In this document: piece by piece, positions 38,561 to 51,589 of the stretch | How the letters are laid out: each line of letters opens with the position of its first letter | Numbering within the stretch: position 1 is the first letter of the stretch | DNA from: Lama guanicoe | Taxonomy: Eukaryota | Assembly: GCA_013239625.1 (NCBI GenBank) | Contig: MU054391.1 | Coordinates: forward strand, 2,447,130 to 2,511,129 | Length of the DNA: 64,000 bases | Reading direction: 5' to 3' | Program-made: the position numbers and the translations under genes | The notes under the pieces: generated by a model | The model's database searches: none | Seen by the model: only the letters and a program-made list of their open reading frames with translations | Told to the model about the DNA's origin: nothing

Positions 38561-40380
38561 GTCCTATTTAATAGACGCCACAGAAAAAAAATAAGGAAAC
38601 ACATATGGAGAAAGATAAACAAAAAATGTGTAACGGAAGATAATAAGAAAGGGAATTATCTTCCCCAAGAGAATGTACATTTTGCAACTATGAAAGCCTT
38701 ACATTTTTAACCAAAATTCAAAACAAACAAAAGTTCCTTCTAAGTGCAGTAAACAGGTCAAGCTCTCTTCTGGACTTTGGCTGATGTAGCACATATTTTA
38801 AAGAAGTGGGTAAGAAATTGGCCAAAATCCACCCCTCTGCCCCTTCTTTTCTCCCTGTCTTCCTTTTTTTTAAAAATTTTACTAATTCATTCATTCATTC
38901 ATCAATCCATGTTTTTTAAGTTCTGTCATGATTATAGTTTATTTGGAGAATGAAACATATGAAGGGAAGTGGTGGGCAGTGTGTTAGGACAGGTTATCTG
39001 AGTTCCAGGATCATGCAGTCTGGTAGGTGAGCAAACACGTGGCAATGGAACCCCGTTAGCACAACAGAGCACGCCTGCACGTCTGGGGGTCAGACGGGAC
39101 TTCTCCAAGGAGCGACTGGGCTGGGACTGACACAGAGTTCAGGGCTGCCAGGTTGAAGACACACTGTCCCCAAGCTATAGCCAAAGAAGAAATTGTTCAT
39201 TTCCATTTTATTCCACTGAAAATAAGCCATTTCTAAAGCAAGGAACCTGGTCGCATCTATTCCATTTGAGCAGTGGCAGGACCGCGGGTTTATGTAATGA
39301 TATCCTATGTTTGCATCTAATTCTTCACTTTCAGTTAGTATATTTTTTTTTTACCAGTGTTTTACTCTTCTTAGCAAATGAGAGAACCCTAACCAAGTGA
39401 GAACAGTCTTGGAAAAGTTGGATGATGATGTAAGACACGTAGGTCCTGAAGCGGAAACTCCGCATCTCAGCATTGATTGATGTTCGTTCATTAGGGTATT
39501 GAAAGAAAAACAACTTTTCTAAGCTTTAAAAAATTCTACACTTTAAAAAAGTTCATTTCTTCAACGATATTCTTTAAAGTGAATCTCTGGCCTTTGTCTT
39601 TATTTCTCGTACATAAATTCTTCTTACCTCCTGTTGACAAGGTACCTGGCATCTGTGAATCTGTCCCCTAATCTATACAGTAGATTTAACAATTATGGGA
39701 GTGAATGTTCAATATATAGAATATCTGTATAATTATATGGCGTGTTTATTTAGGACACAGCATTCAGTTCAAAGCAACTCTCTGCTGCAAAAAGTCTAAC
39801 ACCTTCCTGCTGTGCTTTATACATGAACTGATAGCTGTGGATATCAGTGACTGATATGGATAATTTTTTATGTAAACTATGTAATTTTATTACTAACTAT
39901 GTCTTTCTTTAACCTATCTTGACATCAAACATTCATATTTCATTATTTAGTTGGTCTGCTTCTATAACAAAGAAAATATACCTGGCAATTATTCTTTTCA
40001 TGGAGTTCATGTCAAGCATCGAGCACTGAGCGAGTGAAGGTCTTCAAATCTGAGTATTTTTCAAAAAAGCCTCGCATGGGAGGTGAATGGTCTTTACGCG
40101 GTGGTGAGAAGATACGTGAGGACCAGTAACCTATTGCAGACTTCCTACTGAAATTAGCACGTAAAATACGTCACTGTTGTCCAGAGATAGGAGGGGAGAA
40201 AACGCACCGCTGGTGGCTTCTTGGAGAACCCCACTTCCTGTGATTCACGCTGATTCTAAACTGCCTGGGAGTGAGCCGGAGCGCGCACGGCACACTGATC
40301 CCACGTGCAACGTGATGACAATTAAGTCCCTCTGATGATTGCATCATGCGCGAGCAGGCGCGGCCTGACCCATTACTCAC

Positions 40381-40774
40381 CATCACTGCCTTGGGCAAAA
40401 CAAAATGGGTACACGAGGGACCATCCGTGCAGCAGATGCTCCTGCGGAAGAAGGCGGCCAAGTTCTGTTTACGTAACGTGATCTCTGGAAGGATGACGTA
40501 GGGTCCTCTCATCTTCCCTGGTGAGAACCACGCTCCTAAGACAGTGACACCCAGTCTTGCCACCTTCCAGCCTAACATAGTGCATGGCAAAGATCAAAGA
40601 GTCATGGATGTCACCAGCATATTCCAAACATTTTCTGTTGGCTTTGTTGCCATCAAGACCCAGCTGCAATCTGACACGAAGCCTGATGAAACACGATTCT
40701 CCATTTAGACAGACCCCAGCTGTCGAACTGCCGGATTGAAATGTTGCTCTACATTTAATAACTTGAAGATCATG
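40381..40774 (-). other. Candidate exon (394 nt) of an unidentified minus-strand transcript
   Basis: On the minus strand, acceptor tcttttcccatttcag| (AG at 40776-40775) and donor GATG|gtgagt (GT at 40380-40379), 750 bp downstream of a CpG island. No expression or homology evidence. Confidence 0.3.
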
Positions 40775-41494
40775 CTGAAATGGGAAAAGATAAATTAATG
40801 CATCATTACGATCTTGAATTATAAGAATTCTATCTCCAAAATATGCTTTTTGTGTACACACCCACACCCCCCACACACATATACTCTTGAAGTTTTAAAT
40901 GTTCTTGCGTCTAAACGCAAAAAGTTGACTTTTCCTCGAAATTTTTACAGAGAACATGAATAATAAAAATTTAGTATTTACCGGATATATGCTAAAAGGG
41001 CAACGTGGTAATTAGCGGGAATCTAAATAATCAAAATTGTCAATTATACGGAATGTTTTTCTTGCAATAATCATTTAGAATAAAAATAGAAAATAACAAG
41101 AAACTCTTACAGATATTCATATTAAAAATCAACAAGAATGCAAACCAATTTTCAAAAATCAATTTTATCCTGATGTCATTAACAGTCTACTTTGATCTGC
41201 ATGTTCGGTACAACCACTCTTACTCTTCCATACTGTCGGACTCTTAAGTTCGTTTTAGACAGTGCTGATACCCACCAGTGTGTATTTGTAGGATCAAACC
41301 AGTTACTCTGTACTTAGGGTATCAAACCAGGGCCTAATTCAATTGGTTGTCACACCTACTTCTCTGGTTTTTAAATATTTTGATAACTATTGCTGCTTCC
41401 GAGTTACAGCGAACATGCCAACCATCACTCACGCTCATTACAACCGTCAGCTCAGCAAAGAATGTAAACTCGTATTTTTAACATTATTTCTACG

Positions 41495-42000
41495 AGAAGC
41501 GCGGGTTTAAATCAGTGCCGGAAGTCACCCGACTAGGGAGAAACTGTGGGAGCAGGTCCCTCCCGGCGGCTGCGGACCCGCCCCGGGGGCTCGCGCTGCT
41601 GCGCCCGGACGCTGAGCCGGTTCCCTTTCTGAGTGAATCTTGCAAAGCGCGCTGATTATGCGCTCGGCCGCGGGGTCGGCCTGGCCCCGCGGTCTCCCGG
41701 GCACGTGCCCCGGGAGCTGCCGCTCGGCCAGGCCGCCCGGGGCGGAACGGGGCCGCTGCCGTCGGGAGCGGGCCTCAGCACCGCGGGCTGAACGCAGGCT
41801 CCGGCCGCCGGGGCCCAGCTGCGCAGCCGGAAGCCCTGCGCCTGTGCTCCGCCCCCCCCGACGGGGCGGGCACACGACGCTTCTCGCGCGGCTGGCAGAG
41901 CGCTCCTGGCGGCTTCGGTGTCTCCGAGAGAGACAGGGGGCTTCCCACGTGTCCAGAAAGTGCAGAGGAACCAGATACCAGGCGGCCTGCAGCTCCACAC
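41495..42000. promoter_or_regulatory. Strong CpG island, probable promoter
   Basis: Densest CpG stretch in the window. ETS/GABP-type CCGGAAGT at 41518-41525, GC boxes (ggggcgga ~41739, ggggcggg ~41863), CACGTG E-boxes at 41702 and 41946. Confidence 0.75.
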
Positions 42001-43429
42001 ACTCTCTCACTGGGCAAAGTTTAACTAGCGGTATTTGCAAAGCTGTTGTGCGCTCCTCCTCGACACTTGCTAACACAAGGAGCGCTAACAGTAGCTGCTA
42101 TACTGTAACCAGGTTCTGTTATTATGCTCCAAAGGCACGAGGGACGGTTCATCACTGCCCGCTGCACAGCGTCACCGATGGCTCCACTGTCCTTCCAGCG
42201 CCCCTGCTGACCACTGGAGCCACGTGAAGACAGCAGCCTAGGTCAGCTCTGTCCTGTGAGGTGCTCACGGCCCCTGACAAGCCCCTTTCCCCGTCAGCTG
42301 ACCGGCCAGGCCACACGGGGAAATCGGTCATGCTTTCCTCCCTCCCTTGTTGGTTCAAACCTGTGGCTCATTCCAGACCTCGCAGGACCTCCAGGGCCCC
42401 ATGAGCGCCTCCCGGCTTGTCTGCTCCGCCCGTCTCCTCAGGGGAAACCCAGGCCAGCCTCCTAGTGTGACTTTCCACAGGGTTGGGAGGCCAGAGGCTA
42501 ATGAAAATTTGGAGAGGAAGGCAAATCAGATGGGATTCAATTTTGAACTAGGGGAAGAGAATTTCTGTCAAAACACCACGGCGGGAAGGTTCTGTTGAGC
42601 TGGCACAGGCAACCTGGGTGACACATAATCAGAGAAATGTGCATGCAGGATTGTGTGTGTAGGAGTGCAGAGGGGACAGATCGTGGAGAAGCTCAGCTGG
42701 ACGGCTGCAGACTGTGACTTAAACCCATGTCCCACCGCCTTCTGGTCTCCAGACTGACTTAACATCTATTCTATATAGTTTCTCATCAGATAGTTAGCAG
42801 ACTTGGTTATAACTGCCACTAATGGATAAACAGCCAACCGTTCTCATTCGTGTTGGCTGGGACTTTGATGGACTGATGTTAACACAAGGCAACATGACAG
42901 GTGGGTAAGAGAACAATCTATCAGCAAGCTGATGAGTCTTAAGAATTCCAGGAAAGAAAGAAAAGAAAGGAAAAGCAAAGGTAAAAAATAAATAACAAAG
43001 GAATAAAGAAGGGAGGAAGGGAAGAATTCCAACCTTGTAGGCAGCTCTGTTCTTTTCCAGACATTTGATGGACTTTAATTTTGGTCTTATGAGGATGCCT
43101 GACTGTTTAGGGCAATTATTTCTCCCTTCGTCACCATGGGGCCAAGAGGGAGCCCTGGGGAGCCGTGTAACAGCCGTGTGCTCTCTAAGTACCTCCTTTG
43201 GAAAGCTGTGTATTTTGGGAACCATCTACTTGATTGCCAGTTCTTACCATTTTCCTTTCAGTCAGGTTAACACAGGTATCGAACAGCAACCTCCGGGAGT
43301 CTGTGGTCAGAGCCCACCTCCCATAAGGCTGTTACGGGTTGACAGAACCCTGGGAAGACCTGGCACATTTCAAAGGTGCAGCGGGAACCATGTTATTTTC
43401 CTGTGGCTTGCGTCGTCCTTGTCAGAGAA

Positions 43430-43640
43430 ACACCAGTGCCTGTTAAGCAGTTTGTACATGCTGGGTGCCGTGCTGGGTGCCGTGCTGGGTGCTGTGCTCT
43501 GCACTGACTGTGTGCCATCTCATCCATTTACAACACGGATCCATCGTGTAAGTGTTACTTCATCCCCAGGACACAGCGAGAGAGATAGAAGATGCGTCTT
43601 CAGTGACCTTCTCAAAGCCTCCCAGAGGCAGAACTAAAAG
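43430..43640 (-). mobile_element. MIR SINE with an internal 12-bp tandem triplication
   Basis: MIR-like ttaagcagtttgtacatgctgggtgc...cagtgaccttctcaaagcctcccag; unit tgctgggtgc(c/t)g occurs three times at 43459-43494. Confidence 0.6.
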
Positions 43641-44640
43641 TTTCCATCCTAACTGCTCAAGACTTGCTTCAGCTCAGACACCTAACTCTTGGCTTGTGAG
43701 TTAATTCTCAGTTAACCGAAGGATACATCCAAGATGCCACCTGGTCCTCTCTGACCTTAAACAGAGGGCTGTGGAACATAGTGGAAGATGTTCAAGGGAG
43801 GATGAGGGTGCCCAGGCTGACAGCCGGCGGCTGTGAGCAGCCTTTGAGGTGAGAAGAGACCCTTCTGGTCTTCTCACAGAACCACGAGGCAGTGCAGACC
43901 ATGCACTCAGTGTCGGTGTGGTCCTACTAACATTGCAGGGTCGTGCCAGGATGCATCTCATGTGAAGATGGGCACGATGGTCCCAGTGTCCTCAGGGGGA
44001 AATCTCACGTGTTTCCATTGCTTAGCATTGTACACACACCTACACACACTCATGCACACACACGTGTGCACACATGTGCACCCACTGCCTACAAGATAAA
44101 GTGTGGAGTCCTCACTGTCCGAGCAGCCTGACAGCGTGGTCAGCAGCCCTGACACGTCCAGTCCCGTCTCCTGCCTCTTTCCCACTCACACCTGACATTC
44201 ATTTCCCACGAGAGGAATTGCCCAGAATAACAAGCCGAGGACCTTTACACGTCCATGACTTCATGAAGCTGTCCTTGTTCACTGGCAAAACTGCTTACAC
44301 TCCTGAAAACTCACTTCAAACACCGGAATCCCTGAAAAGTCATTTCCAAGTGAACCAGGCAGTGCTCAGCGCTGCGCCCCTAGCGCCGTTGCCTGGTTTC
44401 TGCCGGCGGTACTAACCACAGGCCAGCGACCACCGCCTTCTCTGCCTGATCCCCGCCCCAGGCTCGGGAGCCCTCAGGCCACATTATCCACATGTGCGTC
44501 CTCAGTGACTAACGCAGAGTCACTGGCTGGCAATTAAGTGTTCTCAAAATGAACGGAGAGAGAGAGAAACCAAAAGCCTGATGGAAAGACTGACTGAATT
44601 CTAGTCACCTGCCAGGTTAGTTGGTTTATTCCAGCATTTT

Positions 44641-44858
44641 TTTTACTGAAGTTTAATTCGCATACAATACTACGTACGTTACAGGTGTACAATATAGTGA
44701 TTCAATCAGTGCAGTGATTTTTTAAAGGTCCCACTCCATGTACAGTCATTGCACAATGTTGGCTCGTTCCCCGTGTGGTTCAGTATGTCCTGTAGCTTGC
44801 TTTGTACATAATAGTTTGTACCCCTCAGTCCCCTACTTCTGTGCCGCCCCCGCCTCCC
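44641..44858 (-). mobile_element. 5'-truncated LINE-1 3' UTR (older artiodactyl type) with TSD
   Basis: ttttactgaagtttaatt...ttacaggtgtacaatatagtgattc...ttggctcgttccccgtgtg. TSD ttattccagcatttt (44626-44640) vs ttattcccgcttctt (44859-44873), 12/15 identical. Confidence 0.85.
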
Positions 44859-45399
44859 TTATTCCCGCTTCTTGATTCTCACTGCTGTCTGGGAAGAGAA
44901 TAGAGGTGTTTTTATAAGGGGTGTGGATGAAAAAGGTGACAACAGACTGTCGTCTTAAACCCGTCTCACCCTAGGAGTGTTCCCAATGAACAAGAGCAAG
45001 CTCTCTTCCCGGCCAGTCCCCTCCTGCCTCGGGCAAAAGCAGAGTCTCCCATGTGGGGCGCCCACCATCTGCTCTCCCCAAAGTGAAGCTTCCTTTTTGC
45101 AGCAAGTTAGCTCGAAAGGTTTGCTAACCAGCTCCCAAACTGAGCACCAGGAAAGTCTGCCCCCGTGCCCACCTCCCTTATTTGTCCCATGGGTCCCGAC
45201 ACGATGAGCACAGTCTTCCCTGAGAGCTGAGGGGGGTTGGGACCTGGGGACACCTGAACATCTCCGCGAGCTGCCCTGTCACTCATGACAGGTGATGAGG
45301 CCGGAACCAGCTCTTGGCAAGATGAGAGGAGGGGCTGAAAGCTGAGCGAAACGGTGAACCAGGGAGGTTCCAACAGGAGCCACTCTCTGCGTTCTCAAA

Positions 45400-46330
45400 C
45401 CCCGGAGAGTGGGGACATGGAGGACCTGCAGGGCCCCGAGCCGCCCCCGCGCGGAGCAGGCCAGGTAATTAATAGCACTCGGCCTTGGGAGACACCCGCC
45501 AGTCTTCGGGGAGCGGCTGGCTGGTGGGAACACATTTCTGCCCATCTGCTGTCTAGCACTAGCTCCGAGTGAATTAATGGGGGAGATTGATGCGGTACAC
45601 AAATGACTGCCAGTGTTTGTAATATGACAAGAAGGCATATGGGTGAGGACACGGAGGCTATTCCTGTCCTCATTTGGGTAGAAAAGCCAACGTGAAACCT
45701 ACTCCCCAAGCTCCAAGTCTGCGGCCTGTTAAGTGACGCCGCGAGCGGAGGGGGCACGCCTCCGCGGCAGGTGCCTCGCGGGCGGCGATGGGGGGGGGGC
45801 TGCCTGCGCCCCTGCAGCCACACGGGCACCCCCTCTCCTGCGCCCCGCTCTGCGCCGCATCCCTGGCCGGGGCCTCGGGTCTGTGACACCCCAGGTCCCC
45901 TAGGAGCCCCTCAGACGCATCCCCGCCTCTACCACTGACGCACGGAGCCCTTAGGGGCCTGTGTTTGTCACACGGAACGTCTCTCACGTTCATTTAATTG
46001 CTTGTCCGGTGCCCGAGCTTTTACATATAAATTCTCGGAGCACAGAGCCCGAGACCGCTCAGCGCGCCTGGCCCCTGACGGCCGCCGGCCCCGTGTCCTC
46101 CGGGCCGCCTCGGCGCGCTCCTGCCCGGGACTGACCTGGCGCCCGCGTCCGGCCTCGTCCGCTCTTTCCCGCACATTCTCTCTCCCGGAGCCAGCGTGGT
46201 CTGTCTCCGGCAAGTTCACAGCGCTGCACCTGGTCTAATGATCCTCCTGGTGATCCGCTGAAGCGGCGCACACCGCCCCAAGTCTCAGTGGCTTTACAAC
46301 GAAAGTAACCCTCGGCTTTGCACATGAACC
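45400..46330. promoter_or_regulatory. CpG-island-like segment
   Basis: Dense CpG at 45720-45900 and 46040-46280 (gacgccgcgagcgg, cctcggcgcgctcc, ggcgcccgcgtccgg) with an AT-richer TAAT-containing core at 45570-45640. Confidence 0.65.
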
Positions 46331-46951
46331 TGCCATTTGGACACGGCTTAATTTAACTCACTTAGAAAGCACTCCCACACACACTCCTCAAGAATGTCAG
46401 TGTAAACTGGCAGGACTCGGCAGTGCGCCGGTGTGCACGGCATCTGCTCCCGGGAGCCGCTTTGCCCCTGCGTCTCCAGGAGCCACCTGAACTCGCTTCT
46501 GCTCATAGGTGTAGGAGTACAGTTCCCCAGCCTCCACTGTGTGCCAGGGTGCCCAGGTCACCGCAGTACGGTCACCAGGTGCCACGAGGTATTTTCAGGG
46601 AGGTACAGACCCTGACATTCTGTCAGGCACTGCATGAGCTCTGAGCCTGAAGTATGCTGCAGTCTTTCCAATGTTCTGTCTTTTCAAAACTGGCATCAGG
46701 AGACAGGATGAACAGCAAGTACCACATAAAAACAATGGGCAATATGAAACGAGGGCACAGTGTCCGCGTCTGAGCTCAGGATCTGAGAAGCTGTGCAGTG
46801 TCCGACAGGTACACACATGCCGTTGGTCAGAAATTACGGTTGCCTGAGAATGAATTGCAAGTATTTCTTCTTTCAGCTCTGTGTACCATTTTCTTTCAAA
46901 TATCTACTGAACGGTAAGAAATGAATGAGTGACTATTAAGGGTCAAAATTC

Positions 46952-47473
46952 CTTTTTTTCCCAGCTTTATCAAGGTATACTTGACACATAACATTGTGTA
47001 GGTTTAAGATGTAAAATGTGATTATTTGATACATGTACAGATTGCAATATGATTACCACAGCGAGGTTGGCTAACACACCCTTCACCGCACATGGTTACC
47101 ACTTGGTTGTGGTTATGGTGAGAAAATTTAAGGTCTGCTCTCTCAGAAACTTTCAGCTACACAGTACTTTTGACTGTGGTCACCATGCTATACATCAGAT
47201 CCCAAGAACTAACTCCTTTTATAACCGGATGGGGTTCCCTTTGACCAACATCCTCCCCTTCCCCTCACCCCTCACCCAGCCCCTGGCAACCACTAACCTA
47301 CTCTAAGTTTCTGTGACTTTGTTTTTAAATTTTTTTTTTAGGTTTTAGATATAAGTGAGATCATATATTTGTCTTTCTTTGCCTTATTTCACTTAGCATA
47401 ATGCCCTCCAGGTTCATCCACATTGTCGTAAATGACAGAATTTCCTTCTTTTTTATGGCTGAGTAGTATTCCA
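46952..47473 (-). mobile_element. L1MA-type (L1MA8/9-like) LINE-1 3' end
   Basis: cagctttatcaaggtatacttgaca...gtgagaaaatttaaggtctgctctctcag...cttagcataatgccctccaggttcatcca...ttttatggctgagtagtattcca. Confidence 0.85.
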
Positions 47474-47809
47474 GAATTTAGCAATGCAAGGTTCTTGGCC
47501 ACATAAGAATCTTCCTGTAAGTCCCTATCTGTAGTAACCTGCACAATGATTCAGCACCCACTAGGCGATGAGACTTAAGGTTTGGTTTTCAGAAATCTCA
47601 GTTCTGTGGCTGGTGGAGACCAGGTTACTTTTAGAGCAATCACAGAAGTTTTTTTGTAATTGAAACCTTGAGTTGAAAATCTAAATTCATGACTTATCTC
47701 ATTTTCTCCCAAGGTCTGTAACATGCTTACACTCAACCAAACTACTCCATTATGCTTTTTATTTCCCCCCAAATTTAGGGATTTAGGGATTGTCTTCTCT
47801 GTGTCCTTG

Positions 47810-47968
47810 CTCTGGTGACAGCCTGCTTCTGGTCACAGACAGCCGCCTTCTCTTCACGGCCTCACACAGCGGAGAGCGGGGCCGGGGGGGGGGGAGCTTT
47901 CTTGTGCCCTTAAAAGGGCACTAATCCCATTCATGGGGGCTCCACCCGGATGACCTCACCCAAACATG
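47810..47968 (-). mobile_element. MLT1/MST-type MaLR LTR fragment
   Basis: cagacagccgccttctc...cctcacacagcgga...aagggcactaatcccattcatgggggctccacccggatgacct. Confidence 0.75.
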
Positions 47969-48874
47969 ATGAAGCATGAAGGGTATTTTATTAAGTAGCT
48001 GCAGCTTGGATCTTCTTTCTACTTTAAGGACCATGGAAGAAAAAGACAAACCATAGAACTTGTCACTCCGTTGTCTCTGGGAACCATTCTCTCTTTCCCG
48101 TGTGGTGACACATGCGGTTCCCCACATCCACACCTTGAATGTGACTGTGTTGCTTCGCAGGAATGCAGCAGTGAGCGCACTCTGGATCTCCCTGCACAAC
48201 TAAGGGTGCAGCCCTTAAGACCCAGCGTGCACTTGTGAGTGTTTATCTCCTGCCCCTCCCTCTCTGTCGAACCTTGACTTCACACCCCAATCTCAGTCCC
48301 ACACTCAGAGATCATCTTAGTTCTCCCACTTTTCATCTTTGTAAGCAGCTCCCTCCTCAGAGAAAGTGGGCTCCCATTTCCTTAATATGTGCCCTGATTT
48401 GACCAACCCCCCTTACTACTGAGAGTAGCCAGTATCCTACCACCCCCAGAAGCCCCCTCATTTTGGAGCCCCTGTCACCCCAGTCCTGTGCCTGCTGTCC
48501 ACACCCAGGTGCCCTGGACGCCCCCACCTCTTGTCAGCTGTGTCCCTCCCTCCTCACACCCTCAGGCTCTGAGACCCCTCCCCAGGCCATCGTGCCCAGG
48601 CCCCTTCACCCCAGCTCCATCTTCCACACCCTGTGCGAGGCCATCACCCAAGTGGACACACTCCTCACCCTTGTCAGACCGCCCACTGCCCCCACCCCAA
48701 CCTGGCAGAATGGTTTCTGCACAGAGTTGTTCAGGAGTAGAAGGAAAAGAAAGGCAGGAGAGAGAAGGCCAGGAGACAGGACAGGAGGAGAGGAAAAGGA
48801 AGGACCCCTGTAGATTTTTTGTAGACACACTTTCTCAGGTGAAGACCCTTCTCTGTGCTCCCATTACCAAGAAG

Positions 48875-48876
<2 letters not shown>

Positions 48877-48906
<30 letters not shown>
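48877..48906. repeat. (GT)15 microsatellite
   Basis: Read directly. Confidence 0.95.
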
Positions 48907-48907
<1 letters not shown>

Positions 48908-49049
48908 GCACATGAATGCATTTTAGGTTTTATTAAAAGCTTTATATCTATTGAACTGTTATCATATGAATTTTTCTTCTTTTCGTACATTTAAAGGGAT
49001 ACAGATCTAAATTTAGTTTTGTAGATATTTTAATTTTTTCTTTTTTAAG

Positions 49050-49710
49050 TTAATATATTGTGGTTTTTCTATAGTCTAGCATTAGTTCTCTGTTGTCTGT
49101 ATCTGTTGCAAATATTTTCTTGTATTCTGTGACTTGTAATCTTTTAGTATGTTTCACTACATTTATCGATTTTCTACAGTTAAATTAAGTTTTTTACTTC
49201 TGGACGGTGAGGGCTGTAACTGGGCCATATTAAATATTTTTGGATTTGATTGTCTATATTCTGTTTAGATTTTTCCATCTGTGTCAACACTGGCGACATT
49301 TGTCTGTAACATCCCTTCATCACTGTGTCCTTGTCTGTTATTTTTCTTTCATTAACATGGCTATGATAACCTTACAAAATGAGTCAGTGTTTGCTTCCTC
49401 ACTCTCCATCTTCTATGCAAGTTTGAAAGTTTTTAAATTAGTTATTAAAAAATTGGCAAAATGGTTGGCGAAGCCTTTGGGCTCGGTATCTTCTTTGCGA
49501 GAAGACTTTACTGCAGATCCAGTGATGTTACTGGATTCAGGATTATTTAGGTTTCCCTGTTTTATCTTGGGCTAGTTTTGTTAAGTTATCTAGGAAATTT
49601 TCCATTTGATATAAATATTCAAGCTGACTCACATACAGTTATAAACATTCGACTCTTTTAATCTTTTGAATCCCAGCTGCATTATTCCTGGCAGTTGTTA
49701 TTTGTCTCAT
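49050..49710 (-). mobile_element. Old LINE-1 ORF2 fragments
   Basis: tgttgcaaatattttct and ccttacaaaatgagt...cttcctc...ggcgaagcctttgggctcggta are reverse L1 ORF2 motifs (EKIFA; PGPDGF..E; LPNSFYE). Confidence 0.6.
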
Positions 49711-49719
49711 TTCAGATCA

Positions 49720-50680
49720 GAGAGGACAGGAGTGTATTTTCAATAAGTGTTGTGGGAACGATTGGATCTCCAGAAGAAAAGTAATGAGATTAAACCCCAG
49801 TTTTACACTATATACAAATATCCAACCCTTATAGATTAAAAATGTAGATAGCAAAGGCAAAAACTGAATTAAATTAGACTGTAAAATAATATCCTGAGGG
49901 GAAAGGTACAGCTCAAGTGGGCAGAGCACATGCTCAGCATGCACGAGGTGCCGGGTTCAATTCCCAGTACCTCCTCTAAAAATAAATAAATAAACAAACC
50001 TAGCTACCTCCCTCCCTCTCCTCCCAAAATAAAATAAATAAGACAAAATAAAACATTAAAAAAATTGACTCCAATAAAATAATACCATGACTTCAGTGAA
50101 AGTCGTTTTTCAAAACAATTTTAAAAATCATCAAGTTTAAAGTAAATAGTTGACGAGATTTACTTCATCAAAATGAAAATTTCCTTTCTTTCCAAGTCAC
50201 CATAAGGAAAATAAAAAGACAAGACACAGAGTGGGAAGAAACGTTTGCAACACATAGGCCAGCGGATTAAAAAAATAAGAAGCCTGTATCCCATTACATG
50301 AATGACAGGTAATCAACCTTCTTATAAGAATGGAAATTCAAATTTAAAATGTCAGACACCATGCCTGGAACACACTGAAAAGTGTGGAACGCTGAGTGCT
50401 GAGGTTCGCGGAGCAGTGGGGACTCTTACGCACTCTGCGGTGTGCACACACTCAGGACAGCCTTTTGTGGTTATCCAGTAAAATGTGAGTATGTGTGGAC
50501 CTGTGATGAGCAGTTCTCTTCCCAGATGCAGACCCAACAGAAACTCTTAACTCCTGTGCATCAGGATACACATTCAAGAATTTTCATAGTTGGATTTTTT
50601 AAAAGAATATGAATCCGGAAAAAGCTCACAAGTCCCCCCACTACAGAATGGATACAGAGCGATGGACCACAGTTTTCAGA
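49720..50680 (+). mobile_element. Old LINE-1 ORF2 C-terminal/3' fragment, interrupted by a SINE
   Basis: ttttcaataagtgttgtgggaacgattgg (FNKWCWENW-like), ttacactatatacaaatat, and aaaagacaagacacagagtgggaagaaacgtttgcaa (KRQ.TEWEKIFA-like). Confidence 0.7.
49898..50074 (+). mobile_element. tRNA-derived SINE, camelid Vic-1 type
   Basis: ggggaaaggtacagctcaagtggg (A box)...gggttcaattccc (B box)...A-rich tail. TSD taaaataatatcctga (49882-49897) vs taaaataataccatga (50075-50090), 14/16 identical. Confidence 0.9.
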
Positions 50681-51589
50681 GTCATCTGGTGGTCTGCGTG
50701 GAGACCGCTGGTGGTAAGTCTGCTGTGTGACCGTCCACTCTCCTAAATTCTTCAGAGGGCTTCGTGCCATCGTGGGCAACTTTGTTTTTATTTTCACCCT
50801 TTCATGTAACAGAGCGCGGCAAATCGGTTCTGTCTAGTGTGCATTTCTCAAACAGCCACTTCCCGGTTCATTATCATGATTATATGACTCGTGAAAAGAA
50901 TAGGGGAGGTTGAATTAATGGGGCTGTAAATGAGCCAGAGATGGCTCTGCTGGGAAACTAGAGATCGGCCTTCTGGCAGCCACCAGCGCGGGGTGCCAGC
51001 ACTGACCGGGGTCCCTGAGCCGTGACCAAACCAAGGCTGCCCTCATCCACACCCACACAAGTGTATGCGTCATAAAGGGTTACAAGGCAGTTTAGTGTAA
51101 AAATAATAAAAGTCAATGGTAAAGGTATTTAATTTTCTCCTTAATTTTCCCTTCAATTGTTTTCTATATGTTCCCCATAACCTTTTGTAACAAGAATATA
51201 TAATGTGAAAATCCAATATGAACAGTTTTATAAATTAATTACAATTTGTTTTTTAATAAAGTTATTAAATATTAAATTAACCCTTTTCAGGGAGCAATGG
51301 AGAAGTTTGATTTGTAGTAAATTTGTTTTTCAATCCCAGAACAGGCTCAGTTATATGACGTACTTCTGTGCTTGGTATGTAGTGAAGGAAAAAAAGTAAA
51401 ATTATTTAGTTATTCCAGTTTCATGGTTATAATTCACCGAAGTGTATTCAGAAGTGACATCTACGTGATTTAAGAACAACAACAAAGAAACCGACATGAA
51501 GTTAAGATACCAGCTAACATCAGGAGCCATTTCCGGATGCAGAGTTTTATGTGTGTGCACGGCACCCAGCCGACCATGATGGTGACAGA

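Noticed and set aside
41525..42227. 183-aa and 195-aa antiparallel ORFs
   Set aside because: CpG-island stop-codon depletion, non-ATG starts, no recognisable homology.
43065..43637. 190-aa ORF with LGAVLGAVLGAVL resembling a transmembrane segment
   Set aside because: The repeat comes from a 12-bp tandem triplication inside a MIR.
49898..49970. tRNA gene
   Set aside because: The A/B boxes are followed by a SINE body, A-rich tail and TSDs, so it is a tRNA-derived SINE.
49050..50680. Twin-primed (5'-inverted) L1
   Set aside because: The minus-strand part also contains ORF2 C-terminal sequence overlapping that of the plus-strand part, which fits two independent old insertions better.
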